The notes beneath the pieces were generated by a model that was given only the letters and a program-made list of their open reading frames with translations, was not told where the DNA came from and did not search any database. From assembly GCA_028534125.1 (NCBI GenBank), contig CM052817.1, positions 88,352,001 to 88,416,000 of the forward strand: DNA of 64,000 nucleotides. Direction: 5' to 3'. Shown here in pieces: positions 13,700-26,479 of this stretch. The position numbers and the translations under genes were made by a program. Origin of the DNA: Lama glama (lineage: Eukaryota). Position 1 is the stretch's first letter. Every line of letters begins with the position of its first letter.

Positions 13700-14239
13700 T
13701 TGGTGATTTTGACGCATACAATCGCAATTTGTACACGTGTCGTTTAAATGACTTTTAACTTTTTTCCGCCTCCCTCCTAGCACCGGAAAGGCAGAACTGT
13801 TTGAGATTAATTAGGTAGACGCTGAATGCTCATGCGTGCAGGAAAAACCAGTTCCTGCCATACGCAGTAGATGTTACCGGAACGGAACGCTGCAAGCTTG
13901 CCTCTGAATCCCCGCCGTCCGAGGGAGGCAGCAAGTCAAAACGAGCACAGCCTGGGACAAATTGGGGGCAGAGCCACTGCTGCTGCCCAGCCACTTCCCT
14001 GACCCATTGTTCTCCTGGGGAGAAATTATCTTTTCTTAAAAAAGAGCTTCAGCTATTCATCCTCCATTGGCAGTTTCTCAGGGACAGCCAGGCTTTATGC
14101 AGTCATCAGAAGGAGGAAGACTTTTGTTTGATATAACAGCCTAGCTGGAGACTGGAGAGACGGGAGAGAGGTAGGGGAGTTCAATCCACTTCACTTTTGT
14201 GTGAAGGACAATTGAGGCACCTTTTTTAAGATGAAAAAG
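13700..14239 (+). promoter_or_regulatory. Candidate promoter and first exon ending ATG AAA AAG|GTAATT
   Basis: Local CpG enrichment, CACGTG E-box, two CCGGAA ETS cores, purine-rich leader. ATG at 14231 is followed by a donor at 14240. Confidence 0.45.
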
Positions 14240-14808
14240 GTAATTTCCTATCTAGTAAAATTTTGGAAAAGAATTTATTTCCCAGTTTCTACAGAACGTG
14301 TAACTGAAAAGCAATATATAAAATACTGAAGATGCTAGAACGAGTGTAATGCAAACAAAAAATTCTAAGTCAAGCTGTCAAGCTTCAGGAGTTAAAAGAA
14401 AACTGTTCTTAAAAAAAAAGAAAAAAATCTCTGTAAAGAATTTCAAATTACCCTCATGCTTTCTTGGGAGTTTAAGCACTGTATAAAAATTGTTGGGAAG
14501 ATTTTCTCCAAAACTTGAAGCTATGGTAGTGATCATTAGATTTAGAATATAGACTATGTGGTGTACTCAGTTTTTCCTTTGGGAGTCAGGGAGCTTTCAG
14601 AGCTACCCTAGTCATAGGATGACATCTCCAGAGCAATACTGTTAGCGAGTGATGAATTTTAATGATTTAGAACCAACAATGTCAAAAATTAAAAGATAAA
14701 AAAGAATAGAAAGACTAGACAAAAGAACTAGTATAACAAAAAAGAAAAACAATGAAGTGCATCAGAGGTAGCAAAGTTAATTGTATTTCCTGAACTTTTG
14801 CTTCAATC

Positions 14809-14955
14809 GTGTGTGTGTATGTTTGGATGTATGTGATATTTGTCATAGTTAAAATATTATATATATTATATGCATATATAATACATACATTATATATATT
14901 ATATAATATACACATTATATTATATACATATAAAATACATACATATATATATACA

Positions 14956-14994
<39 letters not shown>

Positions 14995-14995
14995 G
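14809..14995. repeat. Compound (TA)n/(CA)n microsatellite
   Basis: Degenerate TA tract followed by a pure CA run. Confidence 0.9.
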
Positions 14996-15904
14996 TAGTT
15001 TTTTTTCTGTGGGTTATGGTCCAAAAAGTTGGAAAATCTTTGCTCTAGATTAGCAGAAAGTGAAATATAGCAAATAGCATATTTGCTGATAACCAGGGCC
15101 TGTGTGTATGTGTTATGATGCCAAGTATGGAGAAAACCAATCCTGGTTTAAATGTGTACCCCAAACTGAAAGTGACAGGTATTCTGAATAGGCAGGCTTG
15201 ACCTGTGTTCCATCTGCTGCTTTAACAGGAGGTCCACTCAGTGTGCTGAGAAGTATGTATCTCTAGAGATTAACTATTTCACCAGGGATAATTGTTCCCC
15301 TGGGCAACACATTGGAAAGTAGCTAGGGTGAAATATAGTTTTTCTTTTTCCCTCAGTACAGTGTATATTTATGAAACACTAGTCTGGTCTCTGGGCGTAA
15401 GTTGGAGGCAGTGATAGAGTAAATGTTATGTATTAATCATTTTTCAGTACCTTAAGAATGTATAATATGTAAGGGGGGTATTTATTGAACAGTAGAATTT
15501 TAAAGCCGTATGTTAAGGTAGGTCCATACCTTCAAGGAGGTCATGATGTATAGGTAAATATAAATCAACTAATAAATAAATTATGATACAATTTGTTAAG
15601 TATAAATGTATCTACAAGCAAGTACAAGGAATAAATCAGAGGAGAATTGTAAGGTATCGTTTGAAATAAATATAGAATTATTAGAACTTGAATGATAAAC
15701 TAGAAGAAAATTGTAATAACTGGAAATGGTAAAGGCACTGAAGCATGATATATCAAAGGGAAGCTTAGTAAGCTGTCTAGTTCAAATAATAATTATACTG
15801 TGAATATACGAAGATTATGTTATACTATATATTGTTATATATAGTGGTCTATAAAATATTAAATATCAATTAAAACTGTCCAAAATGATGTTTTTAAATT
15901 AATT

Positions 15905-16080
15905 TGTTTAGCAATTTCTTATCATGTGGAGGTATTGTCCAGAGTACTTTGCAAATAATAATCCTCCAAACATTATCCCCATTTTATAGATGAGGAAACT
16001 GGGACCAGAGAGTGAAACTAACTTGCACTAAACCACAGAGCTAGTAAGTTGGCAGTCTAGCCCAGAGTCTGTAATCTAAA
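15905..16080 (-). mobile_element. MIR SINE
   Basis: attatccccattttatagatgaggaaactgg core. Confidence 0.85.
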
Positions 16081-16619
16081 GCAATTTCCTATTTTGTTCT
16101 TAACCATAATAACCATTTATCTTTATCATGTATTTTTATTATTTAATTCTGTGCCTAAGTACACTTGCAATTAGTCATGTACATTTAGACAGCAGTAACA
16201 TATATTTCCATAATCTTCAAAAGTAGGTATATGTATCCAAGGAGTTATTCAAATCCATGAAATTCTGAATAAGCCTACTGTTATAAGACTTCTTTTATCA
16301 CAATAAAACGTTGGATGCAGACTAAATTTGATTCTGCATCAGTCAAGCAGATACAGCATTTCAAAGACTATGAAACAGTTTAATAACCGATACATACACT
16401 GAACTTTCCACAAGGTAGAGTTGTAATTTAATTTTTATTCATAGCTGTCAAGTACCAAAGGCCACAAATAAAATAAATTCAAAAGAATATTAAAAATTAG
16501 ACCTTAAATAGAGGACCAGGCAGATGTCTGCAAGATTAATAATAAGTTATTAAATTTCTGAAGAGCAGTGTAATACAAAAACAATTGTCCAAAATATAAC
16601 AGCATTTTTTTAAACTTAT

Positions 16620-17061
16620 GAGCAATTTTGTGGGCACACTGGTGTAAGTAATCGAGCTCATGATCTTTTATCTAATGCTTCTGATTTCTTCTCTCTTTTT
16701 GTTGTTGTTCAATATTTGAACCTTTCTGACTTCCCCATCTTTTTTCCCTGTTAAGGGCTTTCTCCCTTCTCTTTTTCTCCTCTTGATCTTTTCTATGAAT
16801 CCGTTCACTCCTTTTTTGCCCCATGTAAAAATCTAGTTTAACCAAATTCATACACTCTGTAAATAGATGCATATTGGGCATTTACAATGTGTTGCAAGTC
16901 TTCATTTTTCTCAGTTTCTACCTTCTTTAATGTACAGTAAAGGTAGAGCATTTTCCCTTATCCTCATGTTTTTCTGTCCATCCTGCAGAAACCAGCTCTG
17001 CTGTGGGAGAAATGACATCCACTTTTAATCGAGCAGCCATGCTTCCAAGTAAAATCAGTTC
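16620..17061 (-). pseudogene. Decayed pseudo-exon, K/E/R-rich
   Basis: caccttAG acceptor. Fragments KKVETEKNEDLQHIVNAQYASIYR and RIHRKDQEEKKRREKALNREKR. The 3' boundary is uncertain. Confidence 0.4.
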
Positions 17062-17704
17062 CTAAGGTGATAAAACCTTAGAAACAATTTTTGTAGAAAA
17101 TTTTCAACTCTTTCCTGAAATCGTGTATTTTATTTATTTAATGTTATGGCTTTCTCACATTTGTATGGACAACAAAGATTCTATGACAATATTTTTGTTA
17201 ATTACTAGGCCAGAAAACAAAGTATGGCGGCAGATTCTGAAGATATCCAGAATGTTCCCAAAAAGTAGCATAAAGTTTTGGGAGATTGTATCACAAACCA
17301 TGGAATTTGTTAATTTACAAGATTTAAGCACAAGGTCTTGAACTTTCTATAATAAATTCTGTCACTGTGCCAACAGAGGGGCTAGAATAGATTGGGTATA
17401 GTTAAAAGTTAATGTTTGCATGCCACCCACGTCATAAATAAATGTTTTATTTCTTGGGAAATCCCAGCTTTCCTTGCCATAAATAATTAATTGCCAGCCC
17501 TCGATGATAGTCGTTAAAGGTCATAATGGAGACAGGATTTTAACATCCTGTTAGTAAAATTGTGCAGAGGACTTAGAAATAGAGGAACTCACTCAAGTAT
17601 TGGTTCTATACTAACTTAAAGTGAAGAGTAGTGAGGAGAGAAACCTTTTTTAAAATTCTCTTTTGGCATAATGGGAACCTGGAAAACATATCAGGAGAGT
17701 CTTT

Positions 17705-19279
17705 TTTTAAATTTGAAGTACAGTCAATTACAATGTGTCAATTTCTACTGTGCAGTACAGTGTCCGGTCATGCATATACATACATATATTCATTTTCACT
17801 TTTTTTTTCCATTAGAGGTTATTACAAGATATTGAAGATAGTCCCCTGTGTTATACAGAAGAAACTTTTTAAAAATATATTTTTATATATAGTGGCTAAT
17901 GTTTGTAAATTGCAAACTCCCAAATTTATCCCTCCCCCACCTTCCCAGGTAACCATAAGATTGTTTACTAAGTCTGCGAGTCTTTCTGTTTTGTAGATGA
18001 ATTCATAATGTCTTTTTTTAGATTCCATATGTGAGTGATATCATGTGGTATTTTTCTCTCTTTCTGGCTTACTTCACTTAGAATGACGATCTCTAGGTTC
18101 ATCCATGTTGCTACAGATGGCATTATTTTATTCCTTTCTATGGCTGAGTAGTATTCCATTGTATAAATATACCACAGCTTCTTTATCCAGTCATCTGTCA
18201 ATGGACATTTAGGTTGTTTCCATGTCTTGGCTATTGTATATAGTGCTGCTATGAACATTGGGGTGCATGTATCTTCAAATTAGAGTTCTCTCTGGATATA
18301 TACCCAGAAACAGGATTGCTGGATCATATAGTAGGTCTGTTTTTAGATTTTTGAGGAATCTCCATACTGTTTTCCATAATGACTGCACCAAACTACATTC
18401 CTACCAGCAGTGTAGGAGGATTCCCTTTTCTCCACACCCTGTCCAGCATTTATCATTCATGGACTTTTGAATGATGGCCATTCTGACAGCTGTGAGGTGA
18501 TATCCCATTGTAATTTTGATTTGCATTTCTCTGATCATTAGTGATACTGAGCATTTTTTCACATGCCTAATGACCATTTGTATGTCTTCATTGAAGAATC
18601 GTTTGTTTAACTTCTCTGCCCATTTTTGGATTGAGTTGTCTGCCTTTTTGTTACTAAGTTGTATGAGCTGTTATATATTCTGGAAATTAAGCCCTTGTCA
18701 GTCTCATCATTTGCAAATATTTTCTCCCATTCCGTAGGTTGTCATTTTGTTTTGCTTCTGGTTTCTTTTGCTGTGCAAAAGCTTATGAGTTTAATTAGGT
18801 CCATTTGTTAATTTTTGCTCTTTTTCCTATTTCCTGGGTAGACTGCCCTAGGAGAACATTGCTAAGATTTATGTCAGAATGTTTTGCCTCTGTTTTCTTC
18901 TAGGAGATTTTTTGTATCTTGTCTTATATTTAAGTCTTTAAGCCATTTTGAGTTTATTTTTATGTATGGAGTGAAGGAGTGCTCTAACATCATTGATTTA
19001 CATACTGCTGTCCAGTTTCCCCAACACCACCTGTTGAAGAGACTGTCTTTACTCCATTGTATATTCTTGCCCCCTTTGTTAAAGATTAATTGACCATAGG
19101 TCTATGGATTTATTTCTGGGCTCTCTATTGTATTCCATTGATCCATATGTCTGTTTTTATGTCAATACCATGCTGTTTTGATTACTGTAGCTGAAGTATT
19201 GTCTGGAAGTCTGTAAGTGTTATTCCTCCAGCTTCGTACTTTTCCTTCAGTATTGCTTTGGCAATTCTGGGTCTTTTGT
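17705..19279 (-). mobile_element. 5'-truncated L1 with probable TSD gagtcttt
   Basis: [22 protein letters not shown]2 C-terminus; gagtcttt at 17697 and 19280. Confidence 0.95.
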
Positions 19280-20098
19280 GAGTCTTTGTTTTTAAATGCT
19301 TGTGGCTTCACATTTGTAAATTTTTTTCAAAGACTATTTGTATTGTATTTTTCTTTTTTTGTATTGCCTAGTCCATTTTTCTTTTTACTCTTTACCTTTT
19401 GAAGTCCTGTCCCCATACCATGATCTCCTGTCTGCCTCCTAGGGCTCAACACTGAAAGCTTCTCATAGGCTAAAGAACTCCATTGCTGCTGTGTTTATCC
19501 AAACCCTACCTCACCTCCAGAAGTTAATTTAACATTAAAATATTCATGGTAAGAGAGGATTACAAGAAAAAAAAAGTTTTTTTTATTGTTTGCTCTTTGC
19601 AACTGAAATGTGGCTACTATGCAAATTGTAATTGCTTTATGGAATAAAATTCTTTGTTTCTCAAGTCCAGAGGAGTTAATAGGAATTTGTAGTTTTAGGC
19701 TAGCTGTGAAAGCCTTAACTGTTTAGCCAACTTACTCACCAAATCTCTTGGTCGGTAAGTATAATTATTTGAGTCTCTCTTTCTAGCAGATAAAAACCTT
19801 TCATTTTATAGGCTTCTGTAGGAAGGTAGTTGTAATACTCCCCCACACAGAGGGCAGGCCTCACTTTTCCTATGAGTGCCTTAAAATGCCAGTTTGTGTT
19901 TGTGTAGCTAATTCTGATGCCCCCATAGGGAATATTTTCCCCTCCATGGGGAATTATATTTTAAAATTATTTATTGAAGTGTTACATGAATATAGAAAAC
20001 TATACCTATAAGAATTGAGCAGCTTGGTGACTTTCTATAAATTAAACATTCCTTTATAACTAGCACATATCTGGCCCCAAATTTTTGCAAAAGTTTAC

Positions 20099-20577
20099 GT
20101 CTCATCACATTTGGTTTTCTGATGAAGACTCCAAGCTTCTTGCTTCAAATATTTTGGAATTTCCTTCAAGTTTGGGTGAGAGACTCCCTTCAACAACCAC
20201 CATCCTTTACAGCTTGGGTCTCTTCTCAACCATCTATAGCCCCCGGAGAAAGATGGAACTGTGAACTTGTATCTGGTGTGCGTTTATCCTCCCCATAGAG
20301 ACACTATGTATTTCCTCTTAAATTTGAATGATACTGACATCTGACACAAAATGGATAAGGATGAAGAAGTTACTGACTCTGATCCGATTCTTGTAAAGTG
20401 TGTAGTCTGCATGTTTGCATCTTCACGGCATTATCACTGATTCTCTTTCATTTCCTTTCACTTTCAAAGATAATGTGGTGTTTGAACTCTGAAGACGTTA
20501 CATCACAATTTTAGCTTTTAAGTTTTACTTTCTTAAGTTCTACACCTTCTCATTAGTAAGTGAAAATGGAACTATCT
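20099..20577 (-). pseudogene. Large decayed pseudo-exon, S/E-rich
   Basis: ccttattttAG acceptor, GTAAAC donor. Protein-like runs (EDANMQTTHFTRIGSESVTSSSLS; VVVEGSLSPKLEGNSKIFEARSLESSSENQM) are broken by stops and frameshifts; no repeat resemblance recognised. Confidence 0.45.
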
Positions 20578-20914
20578 CTAAAATAAGGCAATTTCTTAAC
20601 TTAATGGCTTGATTTATCCTTAAAACTAGTCAGTTTATATGTTGTTATATATTTTCTATTTCTTTCTTAACCAGTTATTTTCTTTAAAGATTATTTGAAT
20701 GAATTTCAAAACTAATTTGATAATATGCTTCTGGCTCAGTATCATTAAGACACCATTTAAAATGTTTACCCAAACTTCACCATCAGATTTTAATACTTGT
20801 TTAAATATTTTAAAGCTGGAAAACTCTAAGTTGTATTTTTTTGCCTACAAAAAATGGTGTAATGTTATATAAATGTTAGGGGGTTCATTAATAAACCACC
20901 TCTATGGTTTACCA

Positions 20915-21090
20915 TCGTGATTTTCAAATCTGATGGTGCATTGTAATCACTTGAACGTTTTTTCAAACATACCAATATCAGAGCCATAGAATTTCTGGAG
21001 GTAAGGTCTAAATACCAATTTTGTTTTGTCTGTTTTTTTTTTTAAATATGTTAGGTAATTCTAACCAATAACTAAGTTTGAAAACCACCT
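20915..21090. mobile_element. MER5A-like hAT MITE
   Basis: gtgattttcaaatc...aagtttgaaaaccac degenerate terminal inverted repeats. Confidence 0.55.
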
Positions 21091-22169
21091 ATTAACTATT
21101 ATATTGTGACATATAAACTATTAAAGAATCAGAGATTTCTTAAAGGTTAGAAAATGTATACTCATTTTGAATATGGAGTATTAATTAAAAATTATCAGGA
21201 AAAAATGGGCTTATAGGAAACACATTATAAATATATTATATACATATTCATCTGGAATTATAAAGTATTCTACTTTGACACTGATTGGCAGGAAAAGATA
21301 TACAATTAGTCATTTTCAGGGAAAATTAATACCAGTTTAAGAATTTTAACAACAGCTAATTATTACCTATTTTTAAGAGATTTGGACATTTTCAATGAGT
21401 AGACTTTAGGGTATATTTTGATTTTGGGAGATGATGGCTATGGTCAGGATTTTTAATGACACTGAGGCAGTAATTTTCCCATAAGTTTAACATCAAGAAC
21501 TTCCCGCAGACACACAGTGTTTCTTTACTTAATTTTTGAATTTAACCCTCACCTAACTGTTAATAAATGTTTGTTTTCAATATAATTAATAATGCTGTGT
21601 TAAATGTTTACATATATAAAGTCTGGATGCATTTCTAATAATTTACTTAAGTTAGACTATGAGCTATAATACATAGAATTCCATAGCCATTGGATAGTAG
21701 AATTGATGGGAAATAAATCATTTTAGGACTCTTGAATACTATGACAAAATTGACATCCAGAAATTGTGTTACTTAAATTATAAAGGAATTGATTATTTTT
21801 TTAAGACTGTATCTTTTGTTTACAGTTAATTGACTGCAAGGAGGTAGTACTGAAATATTCTTTGTAGTTTTAGAATTGAGGCACGACAGAAGAAAGTTGT
21901 CTCCTCTAGATTCCAAAATTTTGTATTTGTCTGACTTCATCTACCACCTGTGTGTGACTTTACACCAGATTACCCAATTGTCTAAGCCTCTATTCTGACA
22001 GCTACAAAATTGGATAATATTTTATATCATACTCACTTTGGTGATTATAAATATTCAGAATTTTACATAAGCCATCACATTATCTGCAAATAATTCAACT
22101 TGCATCTTTCTTCTATCATTAATACCACTTAACATTTTATTGATTGTTGCATTGGTTCATCCAACCACT

Positions 22170-22975
22170 GGCAATCTTGTTCTTTCTTTCTCTTCAAAAT
22201 CCGTTTTCCATTTGATTGTCTCTCACCTGCATGTCTGCTACCGTCCTCTACCTACTGCTCCATCTTTCCTGGGGTATTGTAGTGATCTGTTGACAGGTCT
22301 CTACTGCAATGATTACACCCCTAGAGTCTATTTTCCCCACAGAAGCGAGAGTTTTCATTTTTATGTCAGTTGTTTTCTCAAATTTATGTAATAAAATTTA
22401 TTATCATATAATTTTATGCCAGTTGCTAGTTCAGAATCCTGTACAGGATTCCCATTACATTTAGACTAAGTCCAAATTTATATATTAATTAGGATATAGG
22501 TCACCCTCTAAGATAGGCAACAAATCCCAACATTACCTGGCCATGATCTGTTTTCTATCTACACTTCCCCTTGCTTCCTGTGCTCCAGCCACACTGATGT
22601 CCTTCTTTGTTCTTAAATATTCTGCCTTCCCTTTGCCTGTAGTGTTTTATCCAGATATAAAAGTGTTTTGCATCCTGCTTTTTCCTTTTCTCTTCTGAAA
22701 TGTTACCCCTCAGAGATGATTCCTTTTGACACTTTATCTAAAATGACATCACCCTGTCACTCTCTCTACTTACCTTAATTTTTTTTCCTTCTGACACTCA
22801 CTGCTGCTGAATATTATACCTTTTCTGTCTCTGCCTCTAATAATTTTAGTGGGGACAGGGATTTTTTTGTGTGTGTGTTCCCTGATGTACCCCTTGCAGT
22901 GCCTCAAACTGCACCTAGCATAGGGTAGATGTACAATAACTATTTGTTGAATGAATAAACTGATGCATGAATGAA
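22170..22975 (+). mobile_element. L2 3' fragment
   Basis: ctgtgctccagccacactg; ends gcacctagcatagggtagatgtacaataactatttgttgaatgaat. Confidence 0.8.
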
Positions 22976-23024
22976 TTGGAAAAACCCTTACTGAAGAAAA
23001 TTAAGTAATATTAGTAATAGCTCG

Positions 23025-23518
23025 TGTTTCAGTTACGCATTGCTGCATAACAAAAACCTGTTGGTTCAAAATAACATCACAAATATGGAATTTGGGCCGA
23101 ATCCAGCAGGGTCATCACTGCTTCACCTGCTATCAGCTGAGAGAGTTTGAAGCTTGGGGGTTGGTACAGTTCAAATGCTTACACTCACCTCTGGAGATTG
23201 AAGCTGACTGTCAGCTTGGATATGAGCTGAGCTTGGGGCCCAGCACTTAGACACGCCATTCCATGTGGCTGCTTGGCTTCTTTACCGTATGATAGATGGG
23301 TTCCAAGTAAAATCATCACAGTGAAGAGAAAAGAGACAGGTTAAAGGTATATTGCTTTTTATCATCCTGTCTGGAAAGACAAGCAGTATCACTTCTGCCC
23401 CATTCTATTCATCAAAAGTATGACTAAAGCTGGCCCATATTCAAGGGGAAAGATATTAGACTCTGGTTTTTATGGAAGAAACGTCAAATATTTTGCTGAC
23501 ATATTTTAAAACTGTTAT
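23025..23518 (-). mobile_element. MaLR LTR (MLT1)
   Basis: tgtttcagttacgcattgctgcataacaaa...tatcacttctgcccattctatt. Confidence 0.75.
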
Positions 23519-23821
23519 AGGGTGCATTGTTATTTTAGTCCCCATTTTAATGGAATTGCCTCTAGGGTTTTCCTATTATATGTATTTTCTGCTCAACAAT
23601 AGCAAAGACAAGATTGATAGGCCAGCTTATTACAAATGAATTAATGAATACAATTTTGTATACATGTAAGACTTATTTTAATGCCTCATCAAAGAAAAAT
23701 TACACCTAAATAGCTATTGATGCATATTAAATTGGTAAAAAAAAAACTAGGAAAATATTTTGAAATATAATGATACAAGCAACTTATTTAGTTTAATGTA
23801 CTAAGTGTAATCTGTCCTTAC

Positions 23822-24038
23822 TGAATCACTACATGTGTGCAGTCTCTTTCCAGCTACACTGGCTTCTCTTCATCTGCCATTTTTACTGTCAGCTTGACAG
23901 CACCTGTGAATTTATTGAACATTATCAGGACTGGGAATGTTTTCAGTGTGATGGCAAAATTCATACCTGAAAAAAGTATTTCAGTCTGCTACTTGCTGCT
24001 GCTTTTCAAAAAGTCAGCCTTCTCTCGGCCAACTACAT
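23822..24038 (-). pseudogene. Pseudo-exon, low-complexity region
   Basis: ttttgttCAG acceptor, A|GTAAGG donor. Reads DVVGREKADFLKSSSK*QTE... with a frameshift. Confidence 0.45.
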
Positions 24039-25499
24039 CTGAACAAAATTAAAGGTATTGGTATTTCAGGAGTAAAAACAAATCATCTTTTCTACTTCTA
24101 TCACTGGATATTGAGTTATTCACACTGAATATTTAGATACAATATTAATTTTCTTTCAAAATCTCTTCTTTCCTTTTCCAGTAGTGACTTCTTTGTTACA
24201 TCAGCTGCTGTCTTTTTTCACTTAGTTCTATGGTGCTTACGTACTTAAGTTTTTACATAGAGAAGCTACCCATGTGATTGTATATTATATACTTTGTATA
24301 TGAAAACAGCTTGGAAATGTTTCTTCTCTTTAGGGATAAGCAGATTCATTAAGTAAGAAATATGATTAGATTCAGTAGTATAGCTCCATGTTAAAAAAGA
24401 AAAAAAATGACTCTTTGAGAAGGAATATATATTACAAAATTAGACCTAGTGAACAATTAAACGAAGCACAGTCAACAGTCTTACCCCAAATCTGAGACTG
24501 ACATTATTTCAAACTATGGAGAAAATGGTAATGTGAATGTCTTAATAGTTTTAAATATATTTATGTTTTATACTATTCATAATAGATGGTCTAAAGAAAT
24601 ACTGCAATATCTTTTTTGTGATACTTCCTTATTACATTCTCAAAAAAAGAGGGCAAAATTTAGGATACTGAAAGACAGATTTGATTCTTACAGGAGATTG
24701 AGGAACACTTGTCTTTCTTTTGAGTAGTTAAAGGTAAACTTCCATTATAAAAGAGAGATTTTTATCATTACAATTTTAACATACAAAGGATGTGTACTGC
24801 TTCAAAAAGCCAACGTGATTTTAGCTTCAAATTCTTTTTCCTCCTCAAATATTAAAGGTATTTGCAGATCCTTAGACCTGTTTGTCTACTTAGCCAAGTT
24901 AAATTAAAATGCAAGATGATAATCTATTGTTAGATTATTTTTCCAATATTGACAATCAGTTCCCTTTCATAATGAACTTTTCTCTGTGCTAGCTACTTCA
25001 AATCTTTTTATCCTGTACCCATAGGATTGAACATGATTATGAAAGATAAACCTTAGTAATAAAAGATGAAAAGAGGTTATGACATTCTTATTAAACAGAA
25101 AAGGCAACTTCTTTTGATTCTAATCTTATAGTTACCAGCATTATTAGACCGTTATTAGAAGTACAGGAAATAGGCATATTTATTCATAAGTCCTCCTCTC
25201 ATAAATTAGACTTTGCAAAGGGTAGAACTTTTACAAAACTAGTGCACTGTGACTCTTCTTTTTGTCTTGTTAAATGCATCATGTTAATTCTATTTTCCTT
25301 TGGAGGAAATGTTAAAAACATGAAAGTTGTTCAGAAATAAACTAAAATATTAATGCAACTCACCAGTACCTTCAAGAGGGTAACATAATGGAAAAGAAGA
25401 AAATTAACATCTCTTGAACTGGTGTATTCCAGACAATTTACTTGGTTTTTGTTTTGCCTTTTTTTTTTTTTTAATGTCTTCCCAGGAAGCCAAAGAAGA

Positions 25500-26385
25500 A
25501 GTCATATTGCTTATTTGTAGGCAACAGAATCCAAATTGGCTAGTTTAAGGGGATCTATTAAGCGGTAGAGGTAACTCACCAAACTTTTAGGAGGGACGAA
25601 GAGACTCTAGGCTTAGCTTCTACAGTTACAGCAATGGGCCACCGTAAGAGCCATTGATGGGACTCTGCAAACGCAGGAAGCTAAAAATATTGCAGACTCC
25701 AGGATGAATGCCTTTCTGTGACAAACCCAAAACTACCAAACTGGAAAGTCTTCTGAAAAATTAGGAGGTCATTAGTCTAGAACCATACTGCTCTGATTAC
25801 ATTACACAATTCTCAAATGAATGAATCTAATTACAGGAACCCAAATCACATCTGGTGCCCTAGCTGCCAGGAAATATAGCAAATATAAGTTTGCCAGACC
25901 CCAGAGTCCAGATTCCATATGCTTAAAGGGCCTCGGAGTGAGAATTGGAAAATGTGTCAGCTCTACCCATAGAGGGCCCCCATTCCACATGGTTACTTGG
26001 CATCAGTAAAGATGCCGTACCAGTTCCCATGATAGAGAAACATTATCTCACAGCTTAGCAGCTTCACACATCGTATTTTTCTCATAATTCTCTCTTGGGT
26101 CTCTATGCAGCTGTAGTCACATATTGGTTAGGGCTGCAGTCATCTGAATACTCTACAGGGCTAAATATCCAGCATGGCCCATTCACACGGCAGGCATTTG
26201 GGACCTCTGTTGTAGAATAAAATGCATAAAGTGACCTTTTCCTGTGGCCTGGGCTTGCCCACAGTGTAGGAGTTCAGGGCTCACAGCTTGAATGCTGGGG
26301 TGTGCAAGAAAGATGCTGCATGACTCTTTCTCATATAGTATCAGAAATCACATGTCATCACTTCTGACTTATTCTATTAGCCTCA
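25500..26385 (-). mobile_element. Old ERVL-type LTR plus MLT1 LTR fragment
   Basis: gcaacagaatccaaattggctagtttaag, and gggctgcagtcatctgaa...catcacttctg. Confidence 0.55.
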
Positions 26386-26479
26386 ACAGTCCATGCATAT
26401 CTAGACATATATTGTTCATGCATGTATGTGTTGTATCTATAGTATATACTTATATCTTTATCAATAAGTGAAGAGAAAA

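Noticed and set aside
14715..15048. CV/TH-rich ORFs
   Set aside because: Translations of a microsatellite.
16989..17066. Plus-strand acceptor (cctgcag) as second exon for the MKK exon
   Set aside because: The pyrimidine tract is explained by the purine-rich minus-strand pseudo-exon, and the phase-0 frame has no recognisable product.
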